Positions 37,057 to 45,823 of a stretch of 64,000 bases of DNA are shown here, one piece after another. The translations under genes and the position numbers were made by a program. The notes beneath the pieces are model-generated. The model did not search any database. It was not told the DNA's origin and saw only the letters and a program-made list of their open reading frames with translations. The DNA lies in contig NZ_OZ245041.1 in NCBI RefSeq assembly GCF_965224175.1, positions 1,456,249 to 1,520,248 on the forward strand, given 5' to 3'. This stretch comes from Kordia sp. GTDB lineage: Bacteria > Bacteroidota > Bacteroidia > Flavobacteriales > Flavobacteriaceae. Each line of letters begins with the position of its first letter. Positions within the stretch are counted from its first letter, which is position 1.

Positions 37057-37797
37057 ATGATGTTACAAGAAGAAGTTTTAGCGCCAGCTTTAGAAACCTT
37101 AAAAACGTTGATACAAACGGCTGTTGAAAGTGAAGAAAAAATAACAGCTGCACGTATCAAAGATATTGTAGAACAAGCACAAATCACGCAGAAAGATTTG
37201 GAACCGTATGCAGATTTTGATCACCCAATTGAAGATGGTTACGGACGTAAAATGATTTATGATGGAGGAAAGTTTGAAATTATGGCAATGTCATGGAATC
37301 CTGGAGATTATTCTTCTATCCATAATCATGGATATACACAATGGGGCGTAGTACAAGTTTTTGGAAATGTACATCACTTTATTTATCAAAATAAAAACAA
37401 TCAATTGCGTTTTGCTAAGAAAGAGATTTTAACTTCTGGATCTATTGTAAAGGTTGTGAATGCAATGATTCACCAAATGGGAAATCCTTCTACAGATCGT
37501 TATATGACTTTACATATTTACGGATCTTGTGATAAAGCTGGAGATATTACAGCTGATGCAAAGAATTACGAATTAGAGCACGATCGTGTAAATCACACTA
37601 CAGGAGGCGCGTTTTTCAATCTGCCAGAAGATCAGATTTATGATTTTGAACCAGGACCGATTCCTACAGATGATGTATTTATCAACTATGCAAAGTTAAT
37701 GATTGATTATTACCACAGACAAGAACAAACTCCTGAAATTATAGAGTTAAAAACAAAATTGATGAAGAAATTACAAGAGCGAATTTGTCTTTCGTAA
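37057..37797 (+). CDS. Cysteine dioxygenase-family (3-His cupin) protein
   Basis: MSWNPG.YSSIHNHG..QWG, IHQMGNP, TLHIYG. Confidence 0.82.
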   Translation: MMLQEEVLAPALETLKTLIQTAVESEEKITAARIKDIVEQAQITQKDLEPYADFDHPIEDGYGRKMIYDGGKFEIMAMSWNPGDYSSIHNHGYTQWGVVQVFGNVHHFIYQNKNNQLRFAKKEILTSGSIVKVVNAMIHQMGNPSTDRYMTLHIYGSCDKAGDITADAKNYELEHDRVNHTTGGAFFNLPEDQIYDFEPGPIPTDDVFINYAKLMIDYYHRQEQTPEIIELKTKLMKKLQERICLS

Positions 37798-37819
37798 TTA
37801 AAGATATATATTTTATCTC

Positions 37820-37849
37820 AACGCCTTACTATGTTTTTAGTAAGGCGTT
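37820..37849 (+). terminator. Intrinsic terminator of the four-gene operon
   Basis: AACGCCTTACTA-tgtttt-TAGTAAGGCGTT plus a T-run. Confidence 0.85.
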
Positions 37850-37893
37850 TTTTTTAAAAACTTAGTATCTTCATCGTATAAATAATTTAAAGC

Positions 37894-38721
37894 ATGAATC
37901 TAAAACACATTTTACTATACATCTGTACATTTTTTATCTTCACTTCACTTTCTGCACAAGAAAAAAACATTCAAAAGCAAGCAATTACTATCGGAGAATC
38001 TGTAACGTTTCAGTCTAGCATTTTGAATGAGAAACGCACATTAAACATCTACTTACCAGAAAGTTACTCAAAAGAAACTACTAAGAAATATCCTGTCATT
38101 TATTTATTAGATGGTTCGATGGATGAAGATTTTATTCATATTGCCGGCTTGGTTCAATTTGGCTCTTTTTCATGGATTAATATGGTTCCAGAATCGATTG
38201 TCGTTGGAATTTCTAATGTAGATCGAAAACGTGACTTTACGTATCCTACAAATAATAAAAAAGACAAAGAAGACTTTCCAACTACTGGTGGATCAGCGAA
38301 ATTTATTCTAGCTCTTGAAAAAGAAGTTCAGCCTCTTATTGCTAAAAATTATAGAATAACCAATACCAAAACATTAATTGGGCAATCACTTGGTGGTTTG
38401 GTTGCAACTGAAATATTGTTTAAAAAACCACAGCTTTTTGACAATTATATTATTGTAAGTCCGAGTTTATGGTGGGACGATGAATCTTTACTGAAAGCTA
38501 CACCTGCAGCATTTCAACAAAAAAAATCAATTTTTATTGCTGTTGGAAAAGAAGGTCCAATCATGGAACGTGTTGCCAAAGAACTATATTACAAACTCAA
38601 TATAGAAGGAGAAAAAAATTATACTTTAAATTTTAAATTTCTAGAAGCTCAAGATCATGGAGACACTTTACATTTAGCTACTTATCATGCTTTTGAAGCT
38701 ATTTTTAAAAAGGATAAGTAG
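37894..38721 (+). CDS. Secreted alpha/beta hydrolase (IroE/Fes-like esterase)
   Basis: YPVIYLLDG, R.RDFT, IGQSLGG, SPSLWW, DHG. Confidence 0.88.
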   Translation: MNLKHILLYICTFFIFTSLSAQEKNIQKQAITIGESVTFQSSILNEKRTLNIYLPESYSKETTKKYPVIYLLDGSMDEDFIHIAGLVQFGSFSWINMVPESIVVGISNVDRKRDFTYPTNNKKDKEDFPTTGGSAKFILALEKEVQPLIAKNYRITNTKTLIGQSLGGLVATEILFKKPQLFDNYIIVSPSLWWDDESLLKATPAAFQQKKSIFIAVGKEGPIMERVAKELYYKLNIEGEKNYTLNFKFLEAQDHGDTLHLATYHAFEAIFKKDK

Positions 38722-38730
38722 TTAGCATTA

Positions 38731-39054
38731 TTAATTTCCTAATGAATATAAGCTGTAATATTTATAGATTACAATCATAATAATTATTAATGATAAAAAG
38801 AAAGTTCGGCGTTTGATACATGTAAAATTCTTCTTCTTCAAGTCTACAACTAAAAGCCAAAAATAAGTTGCTAAACACAAAATAGCTGTTAGTACCGTTG
38901 ACCAACCTAGAAGAGCTGTGTATATATTTTTTGGAAAAACTATAATTTTATATTTCCCTGGTAGCAAGAATAGTACAAAGAATAATGTTGCTATAGAATA
39001 AAAAAATGTGTTGATATTTTTTAGTCCTGTAAAAGTTATTCTTGATAGGTTCAT
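38731..39054 (-). CDS. Small 3-TM protein, diverged paralogue of 39094 and 41619 (candidate immunity protein)
   Basis: KNINTFFY...F..FLLP..YK motif shared with the other two. Confidence 0.65.
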   Translation of the reverse strand: MNLSRITFTGLKNINTFFYSIATLFFVLFLLPGKYKIIVFPKNIYTALLGWSTVLTAILCLATYFWLLVVDLKKKNFTCIKRRTFFLSLIIIMIVIYKYYSLYSLGN

Positions 39055-39093
39055 TTCAATGTATGATTAAATTTATTATGCAATCCATACTAA

Positions 39094-39387
39094 CTACAAA
39101 TTTCCTAACGAATACGCCATGTAAAACCAATAAGCGACAGAAACCGCTATAATTAGTGTAAAGAATAGTGTTCTATTTAGTAATCTTTTAAAATTCTTTT
39201 TGCTAATATCCACAATCAATAAGCCAAAAAAGACTACACAAGAAAGTAAAATAAGTGCTATCATTAACCATCCTAAATAATTGAGTGAGTAAACTGCCAT
39301 TTTATACTCTACTGGAAGTAGAAATATCAAAAATGATGTAAGTAAGGCTACGTAAAAGAATGTGTTGATATTTTTGAGAGTTATCAT
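39094..39387 (-). CDS. Small 3-TM protein (near-identical to 41619..41912)
   Basis: MITLKNINTFFYVALLTSFLIFLLP... Confidence 0.75.
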   Translation of the reverse strand: MITLKNINTFFYVALLTSFLIFLLPVEYKMAVYSLNYLGWLMIALILLSCVVFFGLLIVDISKKNFKRLLNRTLFFTLIIAVSVAYWFYMAYSLGNL

Positions 39388-39504
39388 ATATTTAGTTTAG
39401 TTGCTACTTTTTATTGTAGTATTTCTTATGAATATACCTGTTTTGTAAGTAAGAAGAGGAAAATTCCTAATGCTATTTCAATTTTTGAAAACCATACAAT
39501 CTTT

Positions 39505-39951
39505 TCAAAACTTTTCAAACAATTTTTGAGGTGGTTCATATTCAATAAAATCTTTACTCCAAATAACTCTATATTTTTGATATGTATTATTTGTGTTTTT
39601 TTCAATAAAAAAGAGTTGAGTTGTCGTATTAGCACCTTTTAAATTCGAATACTTTTCTACAAATTGTTTTAAACTAATTGACTTTATTTTCTGAAAATCA
39701 TTATCATCAATTTTTGAAACATCATTACTGTCTTTATAGTTGATAAAAAATTCTCCACACAATTTAAATCTAATTGTATTTTTTACATCCGTTAGTTTCT
39801 CTGTTTTACACTTATAGGTATGGAAAGTATCTATCTTTTTTATTGTGTATTCAATCATTGTGTTATTTTCAAAAACAACATGAATTTTTTTCTCACTACT
39901 ACAGGAAATTAAAAAGTAAAGTATAAAGCTGTTTACTATTATTGATTTCAT
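39505..39951 (-). CDS. Lipoprotein, identical in protein sequence to 42031..42477 (candidate immunity protein)
   Basis: Lipobox LISC; start overlaps the upstream stop (TAATG). Confidence 0.8.
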   Translation of the reverse strand: MKSIIVNSFILYFLISCSSEKKIHVVFENNTMIEYTIKKIDTFHTYKCKTEKLTDVKNTIRFKLCGEFFINYKDSNDVSKIDDNDFQKIKSISLKQFVEKYSNLKGANTTTQLFFIEKNTNNTYQKYRVIWSKDFIEYEPPQKLFEKF

Positions 39952-40436
39952 TATTCAGTACATGTTTCGTTAGCATTATTTTCAAGCAAGTCATTCAAGA
40001 CAATTAATATACGATTCTTTTCACTAGTAGGTAATTGTTGAAAAGCAATAATGGTTGGTGTTTGATTTGGGTAATTCATTAAACCAAGCCATGCTATATC
40101 CTTGTATAGTTGTAGTGGCTCTTCATTTATAGGAACAACAGTACCTGTATCAAATTCTTGCGTAGCTCTAGCAAATGTACCTCTGTAATAATCTGCCATG
40201 TAATTATGACTCCAATCTTTTGTTGTTCTAAAATATTCATAAATTATATGAAGATCACCATTTTCCAGTGAAGCAATAGCTTCTTCAGGTGTTACATTGG
40301 GTAAATTACCCAAACCAATTTCTTCTAATATTTGCCTTAAAAATTCTGCGTGGATAACTTCATGAATTATTGTATTAGCTACGAATAAATTTGGGTTGAA
40401 ATTTACATTTTTAAATGAGTTCGGTTGGTTATTATT
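39951..40436 (-). pseudogene. Orphan C-terminal cassette (161 aa, includes HEVIH) of the 42477..44204 protein
   Basis: The in-frame homologous reading continues from the ORF-track TTG at 40313 up to 40436. An in-frame TAA at 40446-40448 and no ATG precede it. Confidence 0.85.
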
Positions 40437-40468
40437 AGAGTAATCTTATAATCCTATACTTCCCTCAA

Positions 40469-40894
40469 TTATCTAATATCTAACCAATAAACTTCATGTT
40501 GAATATAGTTTCCGAATTCTGTTTTCTCTATTATATAGATAACTTTAAAAGTATCCTTTTTACTAAACATATCTCGTTTTAAATGTTTTTTATAAAGTGC
40601 TTCATGTTCAATAAAACTTATTTTTTTTATATCCTGAGCTCTAATCACTTTAGTTTGTTTATTTGTTTTTTTGAACCGTTCTTGGCAGAAGAAAAAAGTG
40701 TCATTATCTAATTTATGCATTTTCCCTTGATACAAAATCAAAGATTTATCCTTTTTTTTATTTGTTTTTGATTTTATACAATTTGTATTTTTCCCATCTT
40801 GAAAAAGAATGAAAATAGCTTCTTCTTCTTGACCGAAACAACTTGAACTTACTAAAAACAGAAAGGTTATTAAGAATATTCTCACTCTGAACAT
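40469..40894 (-). CDS. Secreted protein, distant paralogue of the 148-aa lipoprotein
   Basis: Start moved to MFRVRIFL. Shared pattern C.E.F...I..I...(Y/F)(I/F)IEK....Y....V.W. Confidence 0.6.
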   Translation of the reverse strand: MFRVRIFLITFLFLVSSSCFGQEEEAIFILFQDGKNTNCIKSKTNKKKDKSLILYQGKMHKLDNDTFFFCQERFKKTNKQTKVIRAQDIKKISFIEHEALYKKHLKRDMFSKKDTFKVIYIIEKTEFGNYIQHEVYWLDIR

Positions 40895-40920
40895 TTTGAT
40901 TGAACTTATCAACTTTCTTA

Positions 40921-41529
40921 TTAGGAAATTTGTAAGTTTTGTCTTTTGATTATCTTCCATTTTCCATTAATTTTTTCTAGAACTAAAAGATCAGTAAAAC
41001 CGTTTAATTTTCCTCGACTCATCCCTATAACGAGCAAAGCTTTTGTATAATTGTGGTTAAAATTAATTGTCGAGAAATTATATAGAATATCAATAGTCTC
41101 AAAAATATTTTTTTCTCGATCTTTTATGTAACGAATAGTTTTATAATGATCTTTTCTTTTCAGATTTGATAAATCAATATCGATTGTATATTCTTTAGTA
41201 TTATCAATCTTTATGGTATTATCAATACTTTGTAAAACTTCATTTGTTCTGTCAGTATATGTAATATTTATTGGTTTCATTTTTGAGTTTATACCAACAA
41301 GTAAAAATTCATCTTTAGAAGATATATTATCTTTTTCCGTACGTGTTGATATGTTTGAAGGAGGAATTGGAATAGGCTTCGTAAACTTATCTACTAAACT
41401 TATAATAATTTCATTTGTATATAAGGATTGATCAGATTGTTCATTTTCAATTTCTTTACATGAATATAAACAAGTTACTATCAAAAATAGCATACTAATC
41501 TTAGTTACAATTAACTGATGTCGTTTCAT
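40921..41529 (-). CDS. Hypothetical lipoprotein
   Basis: Start moved to MKRHQL; lipobox LYSC; C-terminal FS.INFN..YTKA...LEK.NGKWKI. Confidence 0.7.
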   Translation of the reverse strand: MKRHQLIVTKISMLFLIVTCLYSCKEIENEQSDQSLYTNEIIISLVDKFTKPIPIPPSNISTRTEKDNISSKDEFLLVGINSKMKPINITYTDRTNEVLQSIDNTIKIDNTKEYTIDIDLSNLKRKDHYKTIRYIKDREKNIFETIDILYNFSTINFNHNYTKALLVIGMSRGKLNGFTDLLVLEKINGKWKIIKRQNLQIS

Positions 41530-41618
41530 TGACGATGGTTTGATATTGATTTTGTTTTTCTTGTAAAGTACCATCATATATCAGAAAAAGGATTAGATTT
41601 TTTCCATCATTCATAAAA

Positions 41619-41912
41619 TCATAAATTCCCTAACGAATACGACATGTAAAACCAATAAGCGACAGAAACCACTATAATTAGGATAAAGAATAGTGTTCTA
41701 TTTAGCAATCTTTTAAAATTCTTTTTGCTAATATCAACAATCAATAAGCCAAAAAAGACTACACAAGAAAGTAAAATAAGAGCTATCATTAACCATCCTA
41801 AATAATTGGGTGAGTAAACTGCCATAGTATATTCTATTGGCAATAGAAATATCAAAAATGATGTAAGTAAGGCTACATAAAAGAATGTGTTGATATTTTT
41901 GAGAGTTATCAT
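41619..41912 (-). CDS. Small 3-TM protein (candidate immunity/accessory protein)
   Basis: Near-identical to 39094..39387. Confidence 0.75.
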   Translation of the reverse strand: MITLKNINTFFYVALLTSFLIFLLPIEYTMAVYSPNYLGWLMIALILLSCVVFFGLLIVDISKKNFKRLLNRTLFFILIIVVSVAYWFYMSYSLGNL

Positions 41913-42030
41913 GTATTTAGTTTAGTTGCTACTTTTTTATTGTCGTATTTCTTATGAATATACCTGTTTTGTAAGTAAGAAGAGGAAAATTCCTAATGTT
42001 ATTTCAATTTTTGAAAACCATACAATCCTT

Positions 42031-42477
42031 TCAAAATTTTTCAAACAATTTTTGAGGTGGTTCATATTCAATAAAATCTTTACTCCAAATAACTCTATAT
42101 TTTTGATATGTATTATTTGTGTTCTTTTCAATAAAAAAGAGTTGAGTTGTCGTATTAGCTCCTTTTAAATTCGAATACTTTTCTACAAATTGTTTTAAAC
42201 TAATTGACTTTATTTTCTGAAAATCATTATCATCAATTTTTGAAACATCATTACTGTCTTTATAGTTGATAAAAAATTCTCCACACAATTTAAATCTAAT
42301 TGTATTTTTTACATCCGTTAGTTTCTCAGTTTTACACTTGTAGGTATGGAAAGTATCTATCTTTTTTATTGTGTATTCAATCATTGTGTTATTTTCAAAA
42401 ACAACATGAATTTTTTTCTCACTACTACAGGAAATTAAAAAGTAAAGTATAAAGCTATTTACTATTATTGATTTCAT
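42031..42477 (-). CDS. Lipoprotein translationally coupled to the HExxH protein (candidate immunity protein)
   Basis: TAATG overlap at 42475-42479; lipobox LISC. Confidence 0.8.
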   Translation of the reverse strand: MKSIIVNSFILYFLISCSSEKKIHVVFENNTMIEYTIKKIDTFHTYKCKTEKLTDVKNTIRFKLCGEFFINYKDSNDVSKIDDNDFQKIKSISLKQFVEKYSNLKGANTTTQLFFIEKNTNNTYQKYRVIWSKDFIEYEPPQKLFEKF

Positions 42478-44204
42478 TATTCAGCACATGTTTCGTTAGC
42501 ATTATTTTCAAGCAAGTCATTCAAGACAATTAATATACGATTCTTTTCACTAGTAGGTAATTGTTGAAAAGCAATAATGGTTGGTGTTTGATTTGGGTAA
42601 TTCATTAAACCAAGCCATGCTATATCCTTATAAAGTTGTAGTGGCTCTTCATTTATGGGAACAACAGTACCTGTATCAAATTCTTGCGTAGCTCTAGCAA
42701 ATGTACCTCTGTAATAATCTGCCATGTAATTATGACTCCAATCTTTTGTTGTTCTAAAATATTCATAAATTATATGAAGATCACCATTTTCCAGTGAAGC
42801 AATAGCTTCTTCGGGTGTTACATTGGGTAAATTACCCAAACCAATTTCTTCTAATATCTGCCTTAAAAATTCTGCGTGGATAACTTCATGAATTATTGTA
42901 TTAGCTACGAATAAATTTGGATTGAAATTTACATTTTTAAATGAGTTCGGTTGATTATTATTATTAAGTGTAATAACAATTGTGCCATTATCATCTGGCC
43001 ACTGAGTAATTGCTCTATCTGTAAGTCCTAAATCTCCTAATTTAAATGTTAAATTTGCTTTTGATTTACTGTCAGTGAACCTAGCTAAAGCTTTAGTTAA
43101 TATACTACCGTCTTTCATTTTGTTATAGATGCATTTCGCCTTACCCGTAAAGCTCGAATCTAAAATTATTTTCTCATCAAAATCCACTTCTCCTCCATCA
43201 CGGAGAGCTTCAATAGCCTCATCCAAAAACTTTTTATTTCCTTCACATCCATTCGCTTCAATATATTGCGTAATCGCGATCGCACTTTGTCCGCCAACGA
43301 ATGTTTTGAGCCAATCAATGTCTGAAGACGATAACGGTAGCGGGTTATTTGCGTCCAAAGAACCAATATAACCATTATTCACACAATTAACAACACGTTG
43401 CCAATACGGTATAAAAGGTACAGTTTCTATTGGGTCATCGTCATCTGAGTCATTTCCGCCACCTGTTGTACCACCGCCATTTCCGCTTCCTTGAGTTCCG
43501 CCTCCTGAACATGCCCAACGATCAATAATAATCCATTCGCAAGTTTCAGATGCCGGCATACAATTTACGGTTACCTGACATAAACATCCATCTTGATTCA
43601 TACTGTGCTGTCCGTTACCAGTACAACGATATTGTGTACATTGATATTCTTGTGTTGTTTCTACTAAAACTGGTGTTCCTTCTAAACAAGGTCTAATACC
43701 ACCAGGATATGATTTTTCTAACAATGTGTTTCCTGCAATGCTTTCCATAATTGTATGGTCGCGATCAAGTTCTACACCATTTTCTGTGACAAGCTTGGGA
43801 TATTTTAGTAAGAATTGATATTCTTCACCATCATTGAAATCAAGCAGCATATAATTTATAAGATGTGTTTCTGATTCTGCATGATCAATCACGGAAGTTG
43901 TATATTGTGTATAGGTATTGCGTTCAATGATTTGTATTGTAGAGAGATCGAGAGAAAAATTAGGAGTATCTACCTCATCAGCATTTTTTGAGCTATTTTC
44001 TGCACGAGAAACTGCTGATAGTTTTTTGTAGATCGTGGGATTAATGCTACGTAAATGAGTTCCATTCTCTATTTTAACAACAAAATCTGACTTTTGAGAT
44101 TGTTCGTTTTCAGCGATACGCGTAGCATCATCCTGCTCACAGGAAGTTACACTGAACAACAGTATACATACAATAAAAGATAATCGTTTTAAAAGACGTT
44201 TCAT
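42477..44204 (-). CDS. Large surface lipoprotein with a Cys-rich segment, Gly-rich linker and C-terminal HExxH zinc-metallopeptidase (toxin-like) domain
   Basis: Start moved to MKRLLK (44204). Lipobox VTSC + EQDD; 8-Cys segment; GGGTQGSGNGGGTTGGG; TIIHEVIHAE. Confidence 0.75.
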   Translation of the reverse strand: MKRLLKRLSFIVCILLFSVTSCEQDDATRIAENEQSQKSDFVVKIENGTHLRSINPTIYKKLSAVSRAENSSKNADEVDTPNFSLDLSTIQIIERNTYTQYTTSVIDHAESETHLINYMLLDFNDGEEYQFLLKYPKLVTENGVELDRDHTIMESIAGNTLLEKSYPGGIRPCLEGTPVLVETTQEYQCTQYRCTGNGQHSMNQDGCLCQVTVNCMPASETCEWIIIDRWACSGGGTQGSGNGGGTTGGGNDSDDDDPIETVPFIPYWQRVVNCVNNGYIGSLDANNPLPLSSSDIDWLKTFVGGQSAIAITQYIEANGCEGNKKFLDEAIEALRDGGEVDFDEKIILDSSFTGKAKCIYNKMKDGSILTKALARFTDSKSKANLTFKLGDLGLTDRAITQWPDDNGTIVITLNNNNQPNSFKNVNFNPNLFVANTIIHEVIHAEFLRQILEEIGLGNLPNVTPEEAIASLENGDLHIIYEYFRTTKDWSHNYMADYYRGTFARATQEFDTGTVVPINEEPLQLYKDIAWLGLMNYPNQTPTIIAFQQLPTSEKNRILIVLNDLLENNANETCAE

Positions 44205-44419
44205 TACTAACTTTTTTATTCGAAAAAGCAAAGAAAGTATAGGTTTTTGGGGAAACACAATTGTAACGCTTTTACAAATATACAAATTTTTCTTACATAT
44301 AATTATTTTTTATAAAGTTTTTTCTTACGTTTATTGTTTGTCAGAAATATGTCATAACATAAAAAAGTCTTACTTTTACTTTGTAAGACTTCTTGTTTTC
44401 ATATGTATAATTAAGCTAA

Positions 44420-45382
44420 CTATGAGTTTTGTATAAACCACATGTATATAGGCATTCCTAGTGTTATATTGAAGGGAAATGTAATGGCTAATGCCATTGG
44501 TAAGTATAAACTTGGATTTGCTTTTGGTGCGGCAATTCGCATAGCAGCAGGAACAGCAATATAAGAAGCACTTGCTGCTAATACGGCTAATAATAACCTG
44601 TCACCTTCACTTGATAATATATGAGAAGATAAATAAGCGACCGTAATTCCATTAACTAAAGGAATAAAGATTGCAAAGACCAAGGCAAACCATCCTTTTT
44701 TGATTAGTGCGCCAATTTCTTTTCCACTTGTAATTCCCATATCTAATAAAAATACAGCCAAAAAACCTTTGAATATATCTGTTGTGAAAGGTTTAATTCC
44801 TTCGGCTTGCGCATCACTCGCCATAAAACCGATTACTAAACTTCCTAATATTAGTAATACACTTCCGTTTGTTATTGCATGTTTTACTAATCCAATAATT
44901 TCTTCGTATGATTTTTTACCATTGGAATGAATTCGCATCAGTAGTACTCCAACAATAATTGAAGGTGCTTCCATCAAAGCCATAACAGCAACCATATGTC
45001 CACCAAATTGTATATTTTTCATTTCTAAAAAACTGATTGCCGTTACAAATGTTACTGCACTTACCGATCCGTAAGCTGCTGCAATAGCGCCTGCATTTTC
45101 CACAGTAAACTTTAATCGTAAAATATAATATGTATACAAAGGAACTATGATTGCAAGCGCAATTCCCACGATGAGCGACCAACCTATATCAGCTGTATAA
45201 CTACTGTGTGCTAATTCTTGCCCGCCTTTGAAACCAATAGCGAGCAAGAGATATAATGAAATGAATTTTGATGAATTTTTAGGAATTTCAAGATCACTTT
45301 TTACTTGTGCTGCAATGATTCCTAAAACGAAGAATAATAATGCTGGATTCGTTAAATTATCGAATAGTAAGTGTAAATCCAT
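44420..45382 (-). CDS. sbtA: Sodium-dependent bicarbonate transporter SbtA
   Basis: YLLLAIGFKGG, AYGSVSAVTF, MEAPSII, FLLDMG, ASASYIAVPAAMR, TFPFNI..G.P.Y. Confidence 0.93.
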   Translation of the reverse strand: MDLHLLFDNLTNPALLFFVLGIIAAQVKSDLEIPKNSSKFISLYLLLAIGFKGGQELAHSSYTADIGWSLIVGIALAIIVPLYTYYILRLKFTVENAGAIAAAYGSVSAVTFVTAISFLEMKNIQFGGHMVAVMALMEAPSIIVGVLLMRIHSNGKKSYEEIIGLVKHAITNGSVLLILGSLVIGFMASDAQAEGIKPFTTDIFKGFLAVFLLDMGITSGKEIGALIKKGWFALVFAIFIPLVNGITVAYLSSHILSSEGDRLLLAVLAASASYIAVPAAMRIAAPKANPSLYLPMALAITFPFNITLGMPIYMWFIQNS

Positions 45383-45411
45383 TGTATAATTTTGTAAGAC
45401 TTTGAAATGTC

Positions 45412-45702
45412 TTAGTCAATAATTTCTATGTTAAGAATTCCACTGATTTTTACTTGCTTTCCTGCTTTTTTGGCTTCTAAGTAAATAGCTCTAAAATCCT
45501 CCTTTTCGCGCATTAACTGCCCCACTCTACTATCGTCAAAAGTTGTATCCGTGTTGATATCTCCTTCACACATAGCTAATCTGTGAATTTTATGGAAATT
45601 GATTTTTTCATCAATCAATGAATTGATTACTTCTTTTGCTTCCATTGCTGTAAATTTTCCATCTACTAAATTTACTTTGTGCATTACTTCTGTTGTTGTC
45701 AT
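45412..45702 (-). CDS. Small conserved hypothetical protein upstream of sbtA
   Basis: Start moved to MTTTEV; LVDG.FT..EAKEVI..LIDEKINFHK. Confidence 0.65.
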   Translation of the reverse strand: MTTTEVMHKVNLVDGKFTAMEAKEVINSLIDEKINFHKIHRLAMCEGDINTDTTFDDSRVGQLMREKEDFRAIYLEAKKAGKQVKISGILNIEIID

Positions 45703-45823
45703 GATTCTTAATTTGTTACTGATTGAACTTGTTTTACCACTGTTATTTTTTGCTTTGCAAAGGTTAAGTTTTATATTCATATATTTTTATTTATATTTAT
45801 TATCAAAAACATAAATACCTTTT

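Larger units (their letters stand above)
39094..40437. repeat. Direct repeat, copy 1 (~1.34 kb)
   Basis: Aligns with 41619..42963 at offset 2525-2526, with only scattered substitutions. Confidence 0.95.
41619..42963. repeat. Direct repeat, copy 2 (~1.34 kb)
   Basis: Aligns with 39094..40437. Confidence 0.95.
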
